Positions 48,399 through 64,000 of a stretch of 64,000 bases of DNA are shown here, one piece after another. The DNA is taken from assembly GCF_009914755.1 (NCBI RefSeq), contig NC_060928.1; one strand, written 5' to 3'. Under the pieces are notes generated by a model. That model was given only the letters and a program-made list of their open reading frames with translations. It was not told the origin of the DNA and searched no databases. The DNA comes from the human T2T-CHM13v2.0 reference genome, Homo sapiens. Positions within the stretch are counted from its first letter, which is position 1, and each line of letters opens with the position of its first letter. Made by a program: the position numbers and the translations under genes.

Positions 48399-49098
48399 TG
48401 TGGTGGCTTTGTACTGTGTCACCTTGGCTCACCTGATCTGTGTTTCCCAGAGTTTCCTTACCTGTGTGTTTCCGGTGAGAATGGACACAAGAGACATTTT
48501 CACACGTAATTTGGAGGTGAAAGTGAAGCAGCAGCCATTTACAAAAATGCTCCCATTTTATTTTGGAATAATTTTAGATGTTCAGAGCCACTCTGTTCTT
48601 ATGTTCCGAGGATCAGGGCAGGTGCTTTCACAGCTCGCACACGTACTTGTTTTTCTGTGGCTCCCCTACTTGGTGTGGGGCATCTGCTGGGCCTGCCACT
48701 GCTCCCCCTTCCTCTAGATGCTTCTTGGGCTTCTCTGACTGCTGGGTCAGGAGTGTGTTTAGCTCCACGACGAAAGGTACCCTCTTTCTGCAGGACACTC
48801 ACACCATCAAGGCTGACGAGGGCTGACCGGGTTCCAGAGTCCTTGTGGGTCCGGGTTGATGCTCATGAGTTCTAGTTGAGCTTGTGGTAGGTTGCTTCCC
48901 TGTGCTCTCCCTCCATGCCTTCTTCCCATGGATCTGTCCCTTCCTAACTCTCTGCCCAGTGGACTTCTAACTCCAGCATCAGAAGTGAAGAAAACAGCTT
49001 CACACAGTTTAACCAGCTCTACAATTAAGTAAGCTCAAATCCCTGTAAACTGTGTGTGTATACATCATGGTTTTGCTTCTCTTTGAACCCTGACACAG
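48399..49098 (+). mobile_element. LTR41-like (ERVL) LTR
   Basis: tgtggtggctttgtactgtgtcaccttggct...ttggaggtgaaagtgaagcagcagcc...gaaccctgacaca. Confidence 0.65.
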
Positions 49099-49532
49099 AT
49101 AGATAGATATAAACGGGTTGAAAGCTTGAATCCAATGAAAACATTACCTTTCATTGGTAAGGTCTCATTCTGGTAATTTATTCATATCCCGAAGTCAGGT
49201 TCAAGCAAAGAAGAAAGGAAGAAGAAAAGGCAAGGAGCAGGAAAAATAAAAGTAATTTGTGATAATGTAATATATGTCCACTTTGCACAGGCACTAGGCC
49301 AGTGCTAGAAATACAAAGATTAATATTAACCTTAGACCTCATAATCTATGGGGGAGGAGGATTCTTAAAGAGCTAACTATGATAGAATAAATGCTATATA
49401 ATTGGCATGAATAAAGTACTACAGGAACATGGAGGAGAAAGTCATTAGTTCTAACTGACAGGACCAGGGAAGGCTCTGCAGGTGAAGCAGCACTGATGCT
49501 GGGCCATGAAGAATGAGTCATTCACCAGTGCA

Positions 49533-49720
49533 GGGGCTCTCGAACTTCAGCAGGCATCAAAATCACCTGCACGGGCTATTGCAACAGAAATTGCTGGGCC
49601 CCACCTCTGAAGTTCTGGCTCAGTAGGCCCCAGGTGAAACCTGAGAATTTGTATTGCTACAAGTTCCCAGGTGATGCTGATGTGCTCCTGGCCTGGGGAC
49701 CACACTTTGAGAACCACAGC
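49533..49720. mobile_element. MER5A (hAT-Charlie)
   Basis: acaagttcccaggtgatgctgatg...accacactttgagaaccac. Confidence 0.85.
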
Positions 49721-49882
49721 TCTAGTGAAAAAAGGTGGGGATGAAGATGGCACGTGTTCCAAACAGAGCAGAGGCAAATGGAGATATGCATAAAAATTCA
49801 TTGGAAATTAATTTCCCCTGCCCACAGCCCCCTCTCTCATTCTCCTCTCTCTCTTACTATTTCTAGTTACTTTTCCTCTTCC

Positions 49883-50136
<254 letters not shown>

Positions 50137-50517
50137 ATCCTTGTCCTCTTTACCTACTGTCTTGGATGCATCAAGTTTTATGGTGTCTTTGAGGCACAAA
50201 AGTGGAGATGTACAGAAGGCAGGAGACAACCAGGGTCTCAAGTTCAGGTAAGTGGTCAGGCTGGACGTGTTGATTTGGGAGTCTACACAGAGTGGTAATA
50301 GAGGGAACATGAAAGCAGGGGGCAGTCAGCACACACGGAGAGTGTGTGAAGGGAGAGAGGAGCCAGCGGGAAGGCAGGGGAGGAGAGCACAGAGCACAGG
50401 AGAGCCAAAGACAGAGAAGCACCAGCAGTGGGAGGACAAAGGGGATGCTGCCAAGGAAGGGGAATGGGAACGATCAGAGAAACAGCAGAAGCACAAGAGA
50501 GTTGTTTTTTGTTTCTT

Positions 50518-50865
<348 letters not shown>

Positions 50866-51361
50866 GTAAGAGTTTTGTTATGAAGGTCAAGGAGTGGTCA
50901 ACTGTCTCAAATGCCACAGGTGAGGGCTGGAGAGAGGTCAAGGGATTGGCTAGTGAGTCGATCAGTGATGGCCTTTATCAGAGCAGTTTCAGCAGGACTG
51001 TGGAGACAGACTTCCCACTGCAATGATGTAAGATGAAAGGGAGGTGGGGAAGTAGAGAAAGTAAATGTGGGTTACTTTCAAGAGAAGCTTGGCTGTGAAA
51101 GAAAGGAAAGATGTGCAGGCATGAGTAAAGGGAAACCTACCTAAAAATTAAGAGAGAAATCTGCTTTTCAAAAAATAGAGAATTGAGCATATTTTATGGT
51201 TAATAGGAAAGAAGTAGAGGCTGAAAGTATGGAAAGAGGGAGGGAATGTGTAGGGCTCCATGTGCTGCAGGAGAATTCAGAGGACGGGCCCTCAGCCCAG
51301 GAGGGGAGGGCTGAGACACAGGAAAGTGAAAGGCTTGGATCATGCCTTTTGCTCTCTTTCA

Positions 51362-51405
51362 ATCTCTCTCTCTCTCTCTCTCTAGAGAGAGAGAGTGAGA
51401 GAGAT
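51362..51405. repeat. (TC)n(GA)n spacer-less palindrome
   Basis: 22-bp arms, one mismatch. Confidence 0.9.
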
Positions 51406-51552
51406 GGAGTCAGAGGGAGGGCAAAGGAGGGATGGAAGAAACAAGAGAGAGAGAAGGTAGTGGGAGATACAGGGGAGTGAAGAGATATGAGTTTGGAGTA
51501 ATCCCTGAGGTGTGAGGAGGGTGAACAGACTTATAAAAACCATCCTGTTCAG

Positions 51553-52364
<812 letters not shown>

Positions 52365-52752
52365 ATGGCAAATGGAGCCAAGGCAAGGCAGATACAGCAA
52401 AATAAAAAGCAGCAAAGATGGAGACTTAGTAAGGAGTAAAGATCTAGTAACTAAGACAGGAATAGCAAGAAGAAAAATAAGGTGCCTGAAGAAACCCGTC
52501 TGGATGAGCTGCACTGAGATGCCTTCGAGACATTTAGGAGAGAAGTACGAGGATAGAAATATAACCTGTAGTTCAGAAGAGGTTAAAGACAGGTTTGGAA
52601 GTCAGCTGCATAGAGGTGCTGATTCAAGTCAAGGTCACTGTTGCAATAACCCAGGTGGACTATGTAGAATGGGAAGAAAGGATGGAGCCAAGGAGAACAC
52701 TCATGTTTAGGGGGCAATGGAGGAATGGAGGCTGAAAAAGTGGTCATAGAAG

Positions 52753-53058
<306 letters not shown>

Positions 53059-53917
53059 TCATGGAAATAGAGGAAAATGAGGAAAGAATGTTGTCATGAA
53101 AGCCAAGGAAAGAAAGGTGCAAGACAAAGAGGTGGTCAACAATGTCAAATGTCCTTAGAGTTCAACCAGGACTAGCACTGAGAGGAGTCTGCTGGATTTA
53201 GCAATTCAGAGGTCACTGGTGACATTGGCATGAAAGGTTTTAGTAGGGCACAGGGTCAGAAACCAGGTTATAATTAAGTTGAGAAAGGGATGGGAGGAAC
53301 TTTGGCTGTAAACAAACAGATGGAGCAATAGTTCAAAGAACAGTCAGGATCAAAGAAAGATTTTGTTTTTTGAGAGAGCTACAGTAAAACAGCACATTAG
53401 TACTGAGCATTTGTATAGGCTGATAATAAGAGCTGAAAAGAGAGTATGAATAAGACAAGATAACATGTTTGCTTATCAAGTTAGCAAACTTTTAATCAAA
53501 ATGACAATGCTGGTGAGAATGCAAATTGAAATGCAAATATTTCTGGATTTGTCAAATATGTAGGAAGATGCAGCCCAGGCTATATTCAGGGATAAATTGG
53601 TGGTCTTAGATATTTTCATTATAGTAGAGACAGAAAGGAGGGAAGGAAGAGAAAAAGATGCACCCTCTTCATGAATTTAGAAAGAAACATATAAGGAAAC
53701 CACGAGGGTGACAATAACAAAGTAAAAGCGACAATCAATGAGCTTTTTAAGACAGCAAAATTAACATGAAGAAATCCTAGAGCTGCTTCTAGAAAATTAA
53801 AATATCAAGTGTCTTAAGAAAGATATGCAAAGTAGCGTTATAAAGTATCTATAATATATATATGTACTGATGGGGGTATGTGTGTGTATATATGTATGTA
53901 TATACATACATCTATAA

Positions 53918-54305
<388 letters not shown>

Positions 54306-55039
54306 TCAAGTAAACGTTTAATTGACTATTCTTTCTCCCACACTGCCACAAAACAATGAGTTTTGCTTCCATTTGCACATTTATTTCAATATTTATGAAT
54401 CAATGTTGTTGGTCCATAGATGTGTCCACTTTCTGAATTCTCTTTTTAACTGGTTATAACTATAACATCTGCCTGATTCCCTCACTAATTAACGTGTACC
54501 ATAAAGTAACGCATTCATTTATATATTTGTATGAGAGCCATGAATTTATCTTTTTCTGACAACTATCCTTTAACAGTTGCAAACTTTTAGAGAAAAGCTA
54601 ATTTTAATGCTAAATCAATTATGCTCAAATATGGAAAATTATGGAAAGCTACTCAAACTTTTTTATAGGCTATTTCTGATGCCAAAAACTGATAAGCATA
54701 TCTCCAAAAAAAGAAAACTACAAGCCAATTTTATTTCTGAACAAAATATATCAACTCTCACAGTTTTGAGCTGATGCAGTTTTACAGTTATTTATCAATT
54801 TTTTTACATATCTACCGTTTATGTCTTAAACAGACAAACAAAAAAGACATCAATTATTACTGTCCTTAGATCTCGTAACCAGTTTTATCAATTGGTACTG
54901 CAGAAAGATCTCTTTTAACTCCATCTTTTCAATATATGGATTGTCAGGCAGCTTTCTCAAACATGCCAGTAAGTACTTTGATAATTTTTTCAATGACCAT
55001 AGTTTAAGGAGTAGTTAAGCTAGATTTGTAGAAACAAAT

Positions 55040-55210
55040 AAGGAAGACCAAGTTCAAAGCATCAGCCTCTCAATAAAATATAAAGCCGCAGAAATGTTAT
55101 CCGCACAATGAAAGAATGTAAATCAGGAAAAAAGTTACCTATCAGTCCAGGTTTCAATACTAACAAATCTGGTTTGTTTTAGAAGAGGTTACCATCTAGA
55201 ACTTTCACAT
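55040..55210 (+). mobile_element. Fossil pogo/Tigger transposase fragment
   Basis: With one frameshift reads QV-NTNKSGLF*KRLPSRTF, resembling the QVFNxDETGLFWKxxPxRT motif. Confidence 0.6.
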
Positions 55211-55851
55211 TACTGAATTTAGTTACAGATCCAAAACCAAAGTTGGTGCGATCCCTAATCCCCTTTGAAATCTTGGTTTTGGTAACTGGAGTTCTGCCAG
55301 ACAAGCTACATTTGAGAACAAAGTCTCTCACAGTTGGTAAGAAATTGCTATTCTAGAAAATAAAACTTAGAATATAAAGAAAGAGTAGGCCACCAACTTA
55401 CAGGGTTGTTATGGGAACAAATTAAGGGTGGGTTCTATTAGTGTTTATTTTGCAACGTTTATTTTGCAATGTTCTGGAAGCTTCGGACAATGTGAACAGC
55501 TAGAAATAACAAGTATAATTCTGTAAAGGAGGAGGCAAAAATAATTTGTTTCCAGGTGATAGGCTTATTTACCAACCAAGCCCCTCACCTCACCCCTGCA
55601 AAAGAGTTAACTGAAAAACTATTACATTTAACAATAGAGCTTAGCAAAGTGGCTGAATACAACATAAATATCTAAAAATCAACAGCTTTTCTGTGTACTT
55701 GCAAAAATAATTAGAAGATATAATAGAAAAAAGAAGCCATTTACAATGTGCAAGATGTAACATATAAAGGGAAAACTTTGCTAAAAGATAAAAAGACATC
55801 CCAAATAAATGGAGAGACAGTAAAGAGTTATCAATTCTGTGCAGATTACTT

Positions 55852-56052
55852 TACAGCAGCGTATCTCTAAATGGGGTCCAAGGATTACTGCCTCAAACAT
55901 CACCTCAGATGCTGATTAGAATGCAGATTCCTGGTTTACAGATGCCCATCTTATAGAATTGGAGCAGAGGGAGGGTAAGTTTTCAAGAAACTTGTCTTCT
56001 TAACATGCTCCCCAAGTGATTGTAATACACATTAAAATTTAGAAACCACAGC
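55852..56052. mobile_element. MER5-like DNA transposon
   Basis: aatgcagattcctgg...ctccccaagtgatt...agaaaccac. Confidence 0.7.
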
Positions 56053-56395
56053 TTTATGTAGGTTTCATAAAATTCCATGAACATCCCAACTTCACCTAGA
56101 ATGAGAGCCATGAAGGGGGCTGGCCTAACATATGTTAAAGTGTATAATACACTTAAACACAAAGTATTTAAAGAAAGTATATCATAAACTTTAGTAATAA
56201 AAATAATGTGGTTTTGTAAAAAACCCAGCAAACAAATCAACAGAACTGAATAAACAGCACCAAGACAGACTCCTACATTAAGTTACAACAGAAGTAAAAT
56301 TGTTTCTGTGTCAATTCTTGCATACACCAGAGAACTGCTGCATCTTTTTCACCCAGTTTGGAGGGTTTGTTTGGATGAATCTGATGCTACATGGT

Positions 56396-56770
56396 TGTCT
56401 TAGTCCATTTTCTGTTGCTATAACAGCATACCACAAACTGGGTAATTTATAAAGAATAGGAGTTGATTTGGCTCATAGTCCTGGAGGCTGGGAAGTCCAT
56501 GATCAAGGGGTTGCATCTTGTGAGGGCTTTCTTGCAGGGAAAGAATATGGCAGAAGGTGTCAAATGGTGGGGAAGGGCAAGCACAAGATGGAGAAAAACA
56601 GGGCTGAACTTCCATGACAACTAACCCACTCTCTCAATAGCAGCATTAATCCATTTATTAGGGTGAAGCTGTCAAGACCTGATCATTCTTAAAGGTCCTA
56701 CCTTTCAATACAATCACAATGGCAATTAAGTTTTGGCATGAGATTTGGAGGGGAGATTCAAACTGTAGCA
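56396..56770 (-). mobile_element. MST-type MaLR solo LTR
   Basis: tgtcttagtccatttt...caaactgtagca; 5-bp TSD ATGGT. Confidence 0.85.
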
Positions 56771-57081
56771 ATGGTATAGAAGCAATTCAGGTGGGGAAGC
56801 CACAGGTACACCTCAGAGGTACAGTGACAAGGAGAAACCATGCAATTCCCAGTCAGGATGTGTGGCCCATATGTATAAATATGTAATAAAACAACTAAAA
56901 GGGCCTTCAAGTTGGAAGAAAAAAGGGAACACCCAAGGAAATGTAGCCATTGACCTGGGATTGAGTTGTTTCTCATATGAGCAACTCTTTGTAGTAGGTT
57001 CTAGACTGGGTAGCAGCAGTAGTTTATGCATTAAAGAATATCTAATATGGGGAAGGTTGCTAGTGTAAGTTAATTTTTAAA

Positions 57082-57319
57082 ATAGGGTTTCTCAGCAGAG
57101 GCACTATTAACATTTTAGCTGAATAATCCCTTGTTGTGGGGGCTGACTTGTGCATCCTAAGGTGTTTAGCACCATACCTGCCTCTACACGTTAGATGTAT
57201 GTAGCACCCCCCTCCCTGCTGCAACAACCAAAAATATCTCCTGACATTGTCAAATGTCCCAGGCCGGGTTGGGAGTGTTGTGGGGAGGGGCAAAAATCAC
57301 CTCTGGTTGAAAACAACTG
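57082..57319. mobile_element. MER20 (hAT-Charlie)
   Basis: ggcactattaacatttt...gacattgtcaaatgtccc...ggttgaaaacaactg. Confidence 0.85.
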
Positions 57320-57356
57320 CTTTAAAGCAATCAGTGAGGAATATAACAATTATTTA

Positions 57357-57691
<335 letters not shown>

Positions 57692-57871
57692 TTAAACGGG
57701 GAAAAAATGACCCACCTATTTAGATACTCAAATCACACACATACGCTATAGGTGAAATAAAGAGTAAAAATGTAAAACTTGAAAACTATAACATGGCTAG
57801 AAAACTTACGTAAATATTTAGCTAATGTCTGGATAGGGAAGCATTTTCTAGGTTAAAAAACAAAGAATGAA

Positions 57872-58002
57872 CAGCTGAGCATGATGGTGCATGCCTGTAG
57901 TCCCAGCTCCTCAGGAGGCAGAGGTGGGAGGATCGCTTAAGCCCAGGAGTTGGAGACCAGCCTGAGCAATATAGCAAGACCCCATTAAAAACAAAAAAAA
58001 AA
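57872..58002 (+). mobile_element. FLAM-like monomer within old L1M sequence
   Basis: Single Alu arm. Confidence 0.75.
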
Positions 58003-58254
58003 TGAAATATTGATATGTTTGACCACAGAAGGCTAAAATTCTGCAAAATTAAAAGGTCAATGACAAACTAGAAAAATACTTATAAGCAATAGGTCAAAGA
58101 ACTGGCTAATATTCTTCATATATAATGTTAGTATCTATAAGAAGAGCACTAATGCATCAAAAGAAAAATGGGCAAGAGATGTAAACAAAGATTTTACATT
58201 AGAAGAAATACAAATATTCATAGTAAGTGCACAAAAATTTTGTTCAACTTCAAC

Positions 58255-58561
58255 AATTATTATTATTATTATTTTTTGAGACTGGATCTCACTCTGCCGC
58301 CCAGGCTGGAGTGCAGTGGCTCGATCTAGGCTCACTACAAGCTCCACCTCCCAGGTTCACACCATTCTCCTGCCTCAGCCTCCCGAGCAGCTGAGACTAC
58401 AGGCGCCAGCCACCACACCCGGCTAATTTTTTTTGTATTTTTTTAGTAGAGATGGGGTTTCACTGTGTTAGCCAGGATGGTCTCGATCTCCTGACCTTGT
58501 GATCTGCCCGCCTCGGCCTCCCAAAGTGCTGGGATTACAGGCGTGAGCCACCGCGTCCGGC
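58255..58561 (-). mobile_element. AluY-like
   Basis: TSD CAACTTCA.CAATTATTA. Confidence 0.9.
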
Positions 58562-58821
58562 CCAACTTCACCAATTATTAAAGAAATTTTAAAATAATGA
58601 ATTTCCAATTTTACTGTATCCAAGAAGAAAATATATTTTTTAAAATGGTAATACTTAATGCAGGCAAAGAGGTAGACAAATGGGTATTCTCCATACCATT
58701 GATGATAAATGAGCAGGTCCTTTTACACCCTTTGGAAAACAACTGGGTGATAGGTATCAGGAGGCTTAAAAATGCTCCTATCCTTGACTTCCTATTTCTG
58801 CTCACACAAATTCACACTAAG

Positions 58822-59272
58822 CGTACTGGACTGAATTGTGTCCCTCCAGAGGATGTGTCCAAGACCTAATCCCCATTACCTGTGAGTGTCATCTTCTTTG
58901 GAAATAGAGGTTTTGCAGATGCAATTAGTTAAGGATCTTGAGAAGTGATCTTCCTGGATTTAGGGTGGGACCTAAATCCAATGACTGATGTCCTTATAAA
59001 AAAGAGGAGAGGAAATAGACACACATAGGGAAGAAGCACACATGAAGACAGAGGCAGAGATTGGAATAATGCTGCCAGAGAAGGCCAGGAGCCACCAGAA
59101 GCTGGAAGAGGTGAGGAAGGATTCTCCCCTAGAGCCTTCAATAGGAGCAGGGCGCTGCTGACAACTTGGTTTTGGATTTCCGGCCTCCAGGACTGTGAAA
59201 GAATAAGTTTCTCCTGTTTTAAGCCACAAAGTCTGTGGTAATTTGTTGTGGCAGCCCTTGGAAACTAATACA
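58822..59272 (+). mobile_element. MLT1C-like MaLR solo LTR
   Basis: ggactgaattgtgtccc...ggaaactaataca; 5-bp TSD CTAAG. Confidence 0.85.
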
Positions 59273-59332
59273 CTAAGGAAACAATCCAAGATATGAACAA
59301 AAGTTTATATATAAAGATGTTCATCTCTGCAT

Positions 59333-59636
59333 TATTTTTATTTTATTTTATTTTGAGACAGAGTCTCGCTCTGTCACCCAGGTTGGTGTGTGGTAGCGCG
59401 ATCTTGGCTCACTGAAACCTCTGCTTCCAGATTCAAGCGATTCTCCTGCTTCAGCCTCCTGAGTAGCTGGCACTACAGGTACCCACCACCACGCCTGGCT
59501 AATTTTTGTGTTTTTAGTAGAGGCAGGGTTTCACCACGTTGGCTAGGCTGATCTCGAACTCCTGACCTCAAATGATCCACCCATCTCAGTCTCCCAAAGT
59601 GCTGGGATTACAGGCATGAGCCGCCGCACCCAGCCT
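59333..59636 (-). mobile_element. AluS-like
   Basis: TSD TGCATTATTTT. Confidence 0.9.
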
Positions 59637-60055
59637 ATGCATTATTTTATAACAGCAGAAAGTTAGAAAAAAACCTGAAGCAATGAAAAACAGAGGAAGG
59701 AGTAAGTTATAGTGTACCTATAATTAATTCGCAGTCATTCAGATATGTTTTTGAAGAATTTCTAATGCCATAGGAAAATGCTTATATATACAGAAAATTC
59801 AGGATATAAGTGTATGTACAATGTAATCCCCAAATGTAATTACATATGATATATACTTATTGCCCTGATAAATAAGATGGGTAAAAAAAGTCTGAAATAG
59901 AAAATAGCATATGTCAACAATATACTAGAAGAAAAATAAACCATTACCCCGGAGAGTTTATCCCAGAAAATTTACAGTTGTTATTATCAACATGTAATAT
60001 ATTAATGAGTCAAAGCCTTAGAATGAACTCAAAAGATGTTAAAAAGACATTTGAG

Positions 60056-60406
<351 letters not shown>

Positions 60407-60629
60407 CTAAGAAAACCAGGAATAAAAAGATTTTATAATGAGTATCTCTCTTTTTCAAACTCTTTTTCAAAGTACCATCCAGCATCATTCTTTGGGATGA
60501 AAGGGGAGCTTTCCTATTAAACAAAATTAGGATGAATGAATACTATTATCATGATCATTAATGCTGTTCTGGCCGTTTTTACCAATTCAGTAAGATGAGA
60601 AGCAAAAATAAGGGGTCTAATTACAATAA

Positions 60630-61029
<400 letters not shown>

Positions 61030-61390
61030 ACAACTTTTAAATATACAGAATAAAAATGGAAACATCTACAATAGCAACAAAACCCATAAAATATTGAGGA
61101 CTACCTATAAGAAATGTACATGAACAAATCCCACAAAACTACTAAGAGACACAAAAACTTGAATAAATGTTCCTGGAAGGTAAATTATTAACAGAATACT
61201 GTGAAGAAAACCACTCTTGCCAAATTTAGAGATACCAAAGAATTCAATAGAAAAACTTAAGGAGATTAGTTTGGAATTTGACAGTGTTTCTAATGTTCAT
61301 CTGGAAGAAGGAACTGTTGAGGCAAACACCTGCACATAAAATTGGTGTCTAAGCCCAAATAAGTCATAGTCATTCAATGTTTCTACCTAT

Positions 61391-61392
<2 letters not shown>

Positions 61393-61433
<41 letters not shown>

Positions 61434-61692
61434 AGACAAGGTCTTGCTCTGTTGTCATGGCTCACTGCAGCCTTAACCTTCTGGGCTCAAGTGATCCTCC
61501 CATTTCAGCCTCCTGAGTAGCTGGGACTACAGGTGCATGCCACCATGCCCGGCTAATTTATTGATGTTTTTGTTGAGATGGGGTCTCACTATGTGGCCCA
61601 GGCTGGTCTCAAACTCCTGAGTTCAAGCAATCCTCCCCACACCTCAGCCTCCTAAAGTGCGGGGAACACAGTGTGAGCAACCGCGCCTGGCT
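61393..61692 (-). mobile_element. AluJ-like with T40 tail
   Basis: TSD TACCTATTC. Confidence 0.88.
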
Positions 61693-61977
61693 ATTACCTA
61701 TTCTTTTAATTAGTGTTTCACTACCTGGGAAGCTTCAAAACTGAAGGGTGTTTTCTTAAAAAGGTTTTGCTTTTTTCCATCTAAGCATTATTATTATTAA
61801 TATTAATATTTTGCATCTTATTGCTTTTTATCCTGGCTAAGTTCTTCTAGGGAAATGCAAACCCTTGCAAAGCTCTGTGGTTATTTAAAAGAAGCACCCA
61901 TTGAAACGTTTTTATTTACATAATTACTATATTTTTATCCTGACACAAAGACAGGTTGATTTATTGTTGTGTGCTAT

Positions 61978-62216
61978 TTTTTAATTGACAAATAAAAGTT
62001 GTATATATTTATGGTGTACAACATGATGTTTTGATATATGTATGTACTGTGGAATGGATAAATCAAACAAATTAATATATGCATTATCCCACATACTTAT
62101 TTTTCTGTGGTGAGAACACTTAAAATCTACTCTCTTAGCAATTTTCAAGTATACAATGTATTGTCATTAGCTCTAGTCACCATGATGTACAATAGATCTT
62201 GTGAACTTATTCTTCT
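61978..62216 (-). mobile_element. L1MA 3' end
   Basis: gtggtgagaacacttaaaatctactctcttagcaattttcaagtatacaat. Confidence 0.85.
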
Positions 62217-62219
62217 AAG

Positions 62220-62410
62220 ACAGGTTGATTTGAATCCCAGCTCTGTCTCTACTAGCTGTTTGAATTTAAGCAATTTATTTAATCACAGTGCACTCCAATT
62301 TATTTATTTTTGAAAAGCAGATTAATGTACCTACCTCAAATATTTGTTATGGGGATGCAGTCACATAATTATTATCTAGTGCAGGGTTTGGCACATACTA
62401 GAAGCTTAGT
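62220..62410 (+). mobile_element. MIR
   Basis: ttgaatcccagctctgtctctactagctgt. Confidence 0.65.
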
Positions 62411-63399
62411 AAGGATGATTTATATACTTTCCTTAGCAAGGAAATCCTTAGTAAGGATAAGTTATATACTTTCTATCCTTCTATTCCTTTCTCTGTATTT
62501 CCCCAAAGTTTTCTTATGTAAATATTTAACCCTGATTTGATTCAATCTCATAATATGGGTAGATCATAGTTGTTCACATGTATGTCTGCTATGCTCAGCT
62601 GTAATTTCTTAGAGAGAGGAGGCAATGTTTCATTCATCTACACATCTATACAGCTCCTAGCTCATTGCTCTCCTCATTTCAGATAACCATTGATGTGAAA
62701 AAACAGAAGAAAAAGAAGGAACAGAGAGGGGAAAAGAAAAGGAAAAGGATGTTGATTATAATGATGGATGTACTATGTCTGTACTCTAGCAACAACATTT
62801 TATTTCATTATTTCTTAAATTTAATAAAACTTCAGTATTAGATGATATTCTAAATTAGTACAAAGAGATGACTTGAAATGTACAGATCAGACTAAATCAG
62901 TGAGGAGCCCAAAATAAGCCACAAATCAATTTGTACACATTTATTGAATTCCCACTATGTACTTAAATACTGAATTCCCACTATGTACTTAAATGACGGT
63001 GGGGTTCCAGCTCTTAATTCAATAGTCTATCCATGGTTAAATAGTGACGAACTGTTGATATACTAAAACAGCCCAAGTCTCATGTATTCTAAAAAGTCAA
63101 GAAATACATACTTACGGTTCTCATAAAAAGTCAAGAAATATATACTTATGGTTCCCATAATAGTAACAGCCCTGCCTTGCTCTATAATATTATTTTGTTT
63201 TACTGCATATGGTCTGGACTCTAGGGCTATACTTAATGCGCAGTAAGGTAGAAATACAGCTGCCAAGAGAAAAATGTTATTGATTTATTTTTTTACTTAC
63301 ACGTACAAAACAAGGACAGTTTTCCTAAATGCCCAACTGGAAAGCTTATAATAATTTTAATATTATCAACTTGGTCTGAGTCTTTAATGAGAAGATACT

Positions 63400-63960
63400 A
63401 ATAAAAATGGCATCTAATAAAGCTGTTAATTAAATATAACCAAATGCCAAAATATAGGAGGAAGCCAGTCAATATTTAGGAAAAGGTAAGGTTTATGGAA
63501 TAAGTGGGTCTTAAAGCTGTGGACAAATGTAAATAAATAGAATGGGCCAGGGAGGGCATTTCAATGTGGGAACCATGAAAACAGAAGAAGACAGGACAGG
63601 GTTCAGATCAGTGGGCAGTAAAAGTCTACATAAGCGAGGAACTGGAAGAAAAATGTGGACAAATAAAATGGGTTCAGATTATATGTGGCCTTGAATGCCA
63701 ATCCCTGTAGCTTGGATTTGGTCCTATAAATAAGTAGTCACTCAAGAGGGCTCTGGGATGCAGGGAGACCTTGTGAAAGTGAAGTGCAGGGAAGATGAGG
63801 TAAGCAGGACCTACTCATGAGATTCCGGTGGCCAAAAGGCAGGAGGTAGGGAAACCAGTGTGGAAACTAGTACAGGGTTTTCACACATCAAACCATGGTT
63901 ATTTAACATTGTCTTAAAAATTTGTAATGCATGGGAGTTCTCAGACTTATTTCTAAATAG
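63400..63960 (-). mobile_element. L2 fragments
   Basis: cagattatatgtggccttgaatgcca...ggatttggtcctat. Confidence 0.5.
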
Positions 63961-64000
63961 CAAGTGGTGGAAGAAGAGAGTAGGTAGAAGAGTTCCAGGC

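Overview
Primate (very likely human or great-ape) genomic DNA. The window holds the complete coding region of TMEM150C (tentonin-3, DRAM/TMEM150 family) on the minus strand: 7 coding exons, 750 nt, 249 aa, ATG at 25949, stop at 6795. Its 3'UTR and a long upstream stretch are included, but I see no promoter or first exon in the window. The left edge is the 3' end of a HERV-W provirus (env TM region, PPT, full LTR17) inserted into a THE1 LTR. One intron carries two ribosomal-protein processed pseudogenes (RPL7A nested in an Alu; RPS6 with an Alu nested in it). The rest is dense interspersed repeat (about 45 Alu pieces, L1/L2/MIR, MaLR/ERVL/ERV1 solo LTRs, DNA transposons). The strongest signals are: (1) a U12-type last intron with an immediate in-frame stop, two cryptic U2 donors and tandem AATAAA just inside it; (2) an unexplained ~80% identical direct repeat bracketing that exon; (3) an inverted Alu pair tightly flanking the start-codon exon; (4) an L1 3' transduction; (5) templated micro-rearrangements in both pseudogenes. 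I found nothing that clearly amounts to a new biological system. Repeat family names come from recalled consensus sequences, and repeat boundaries are approximate.
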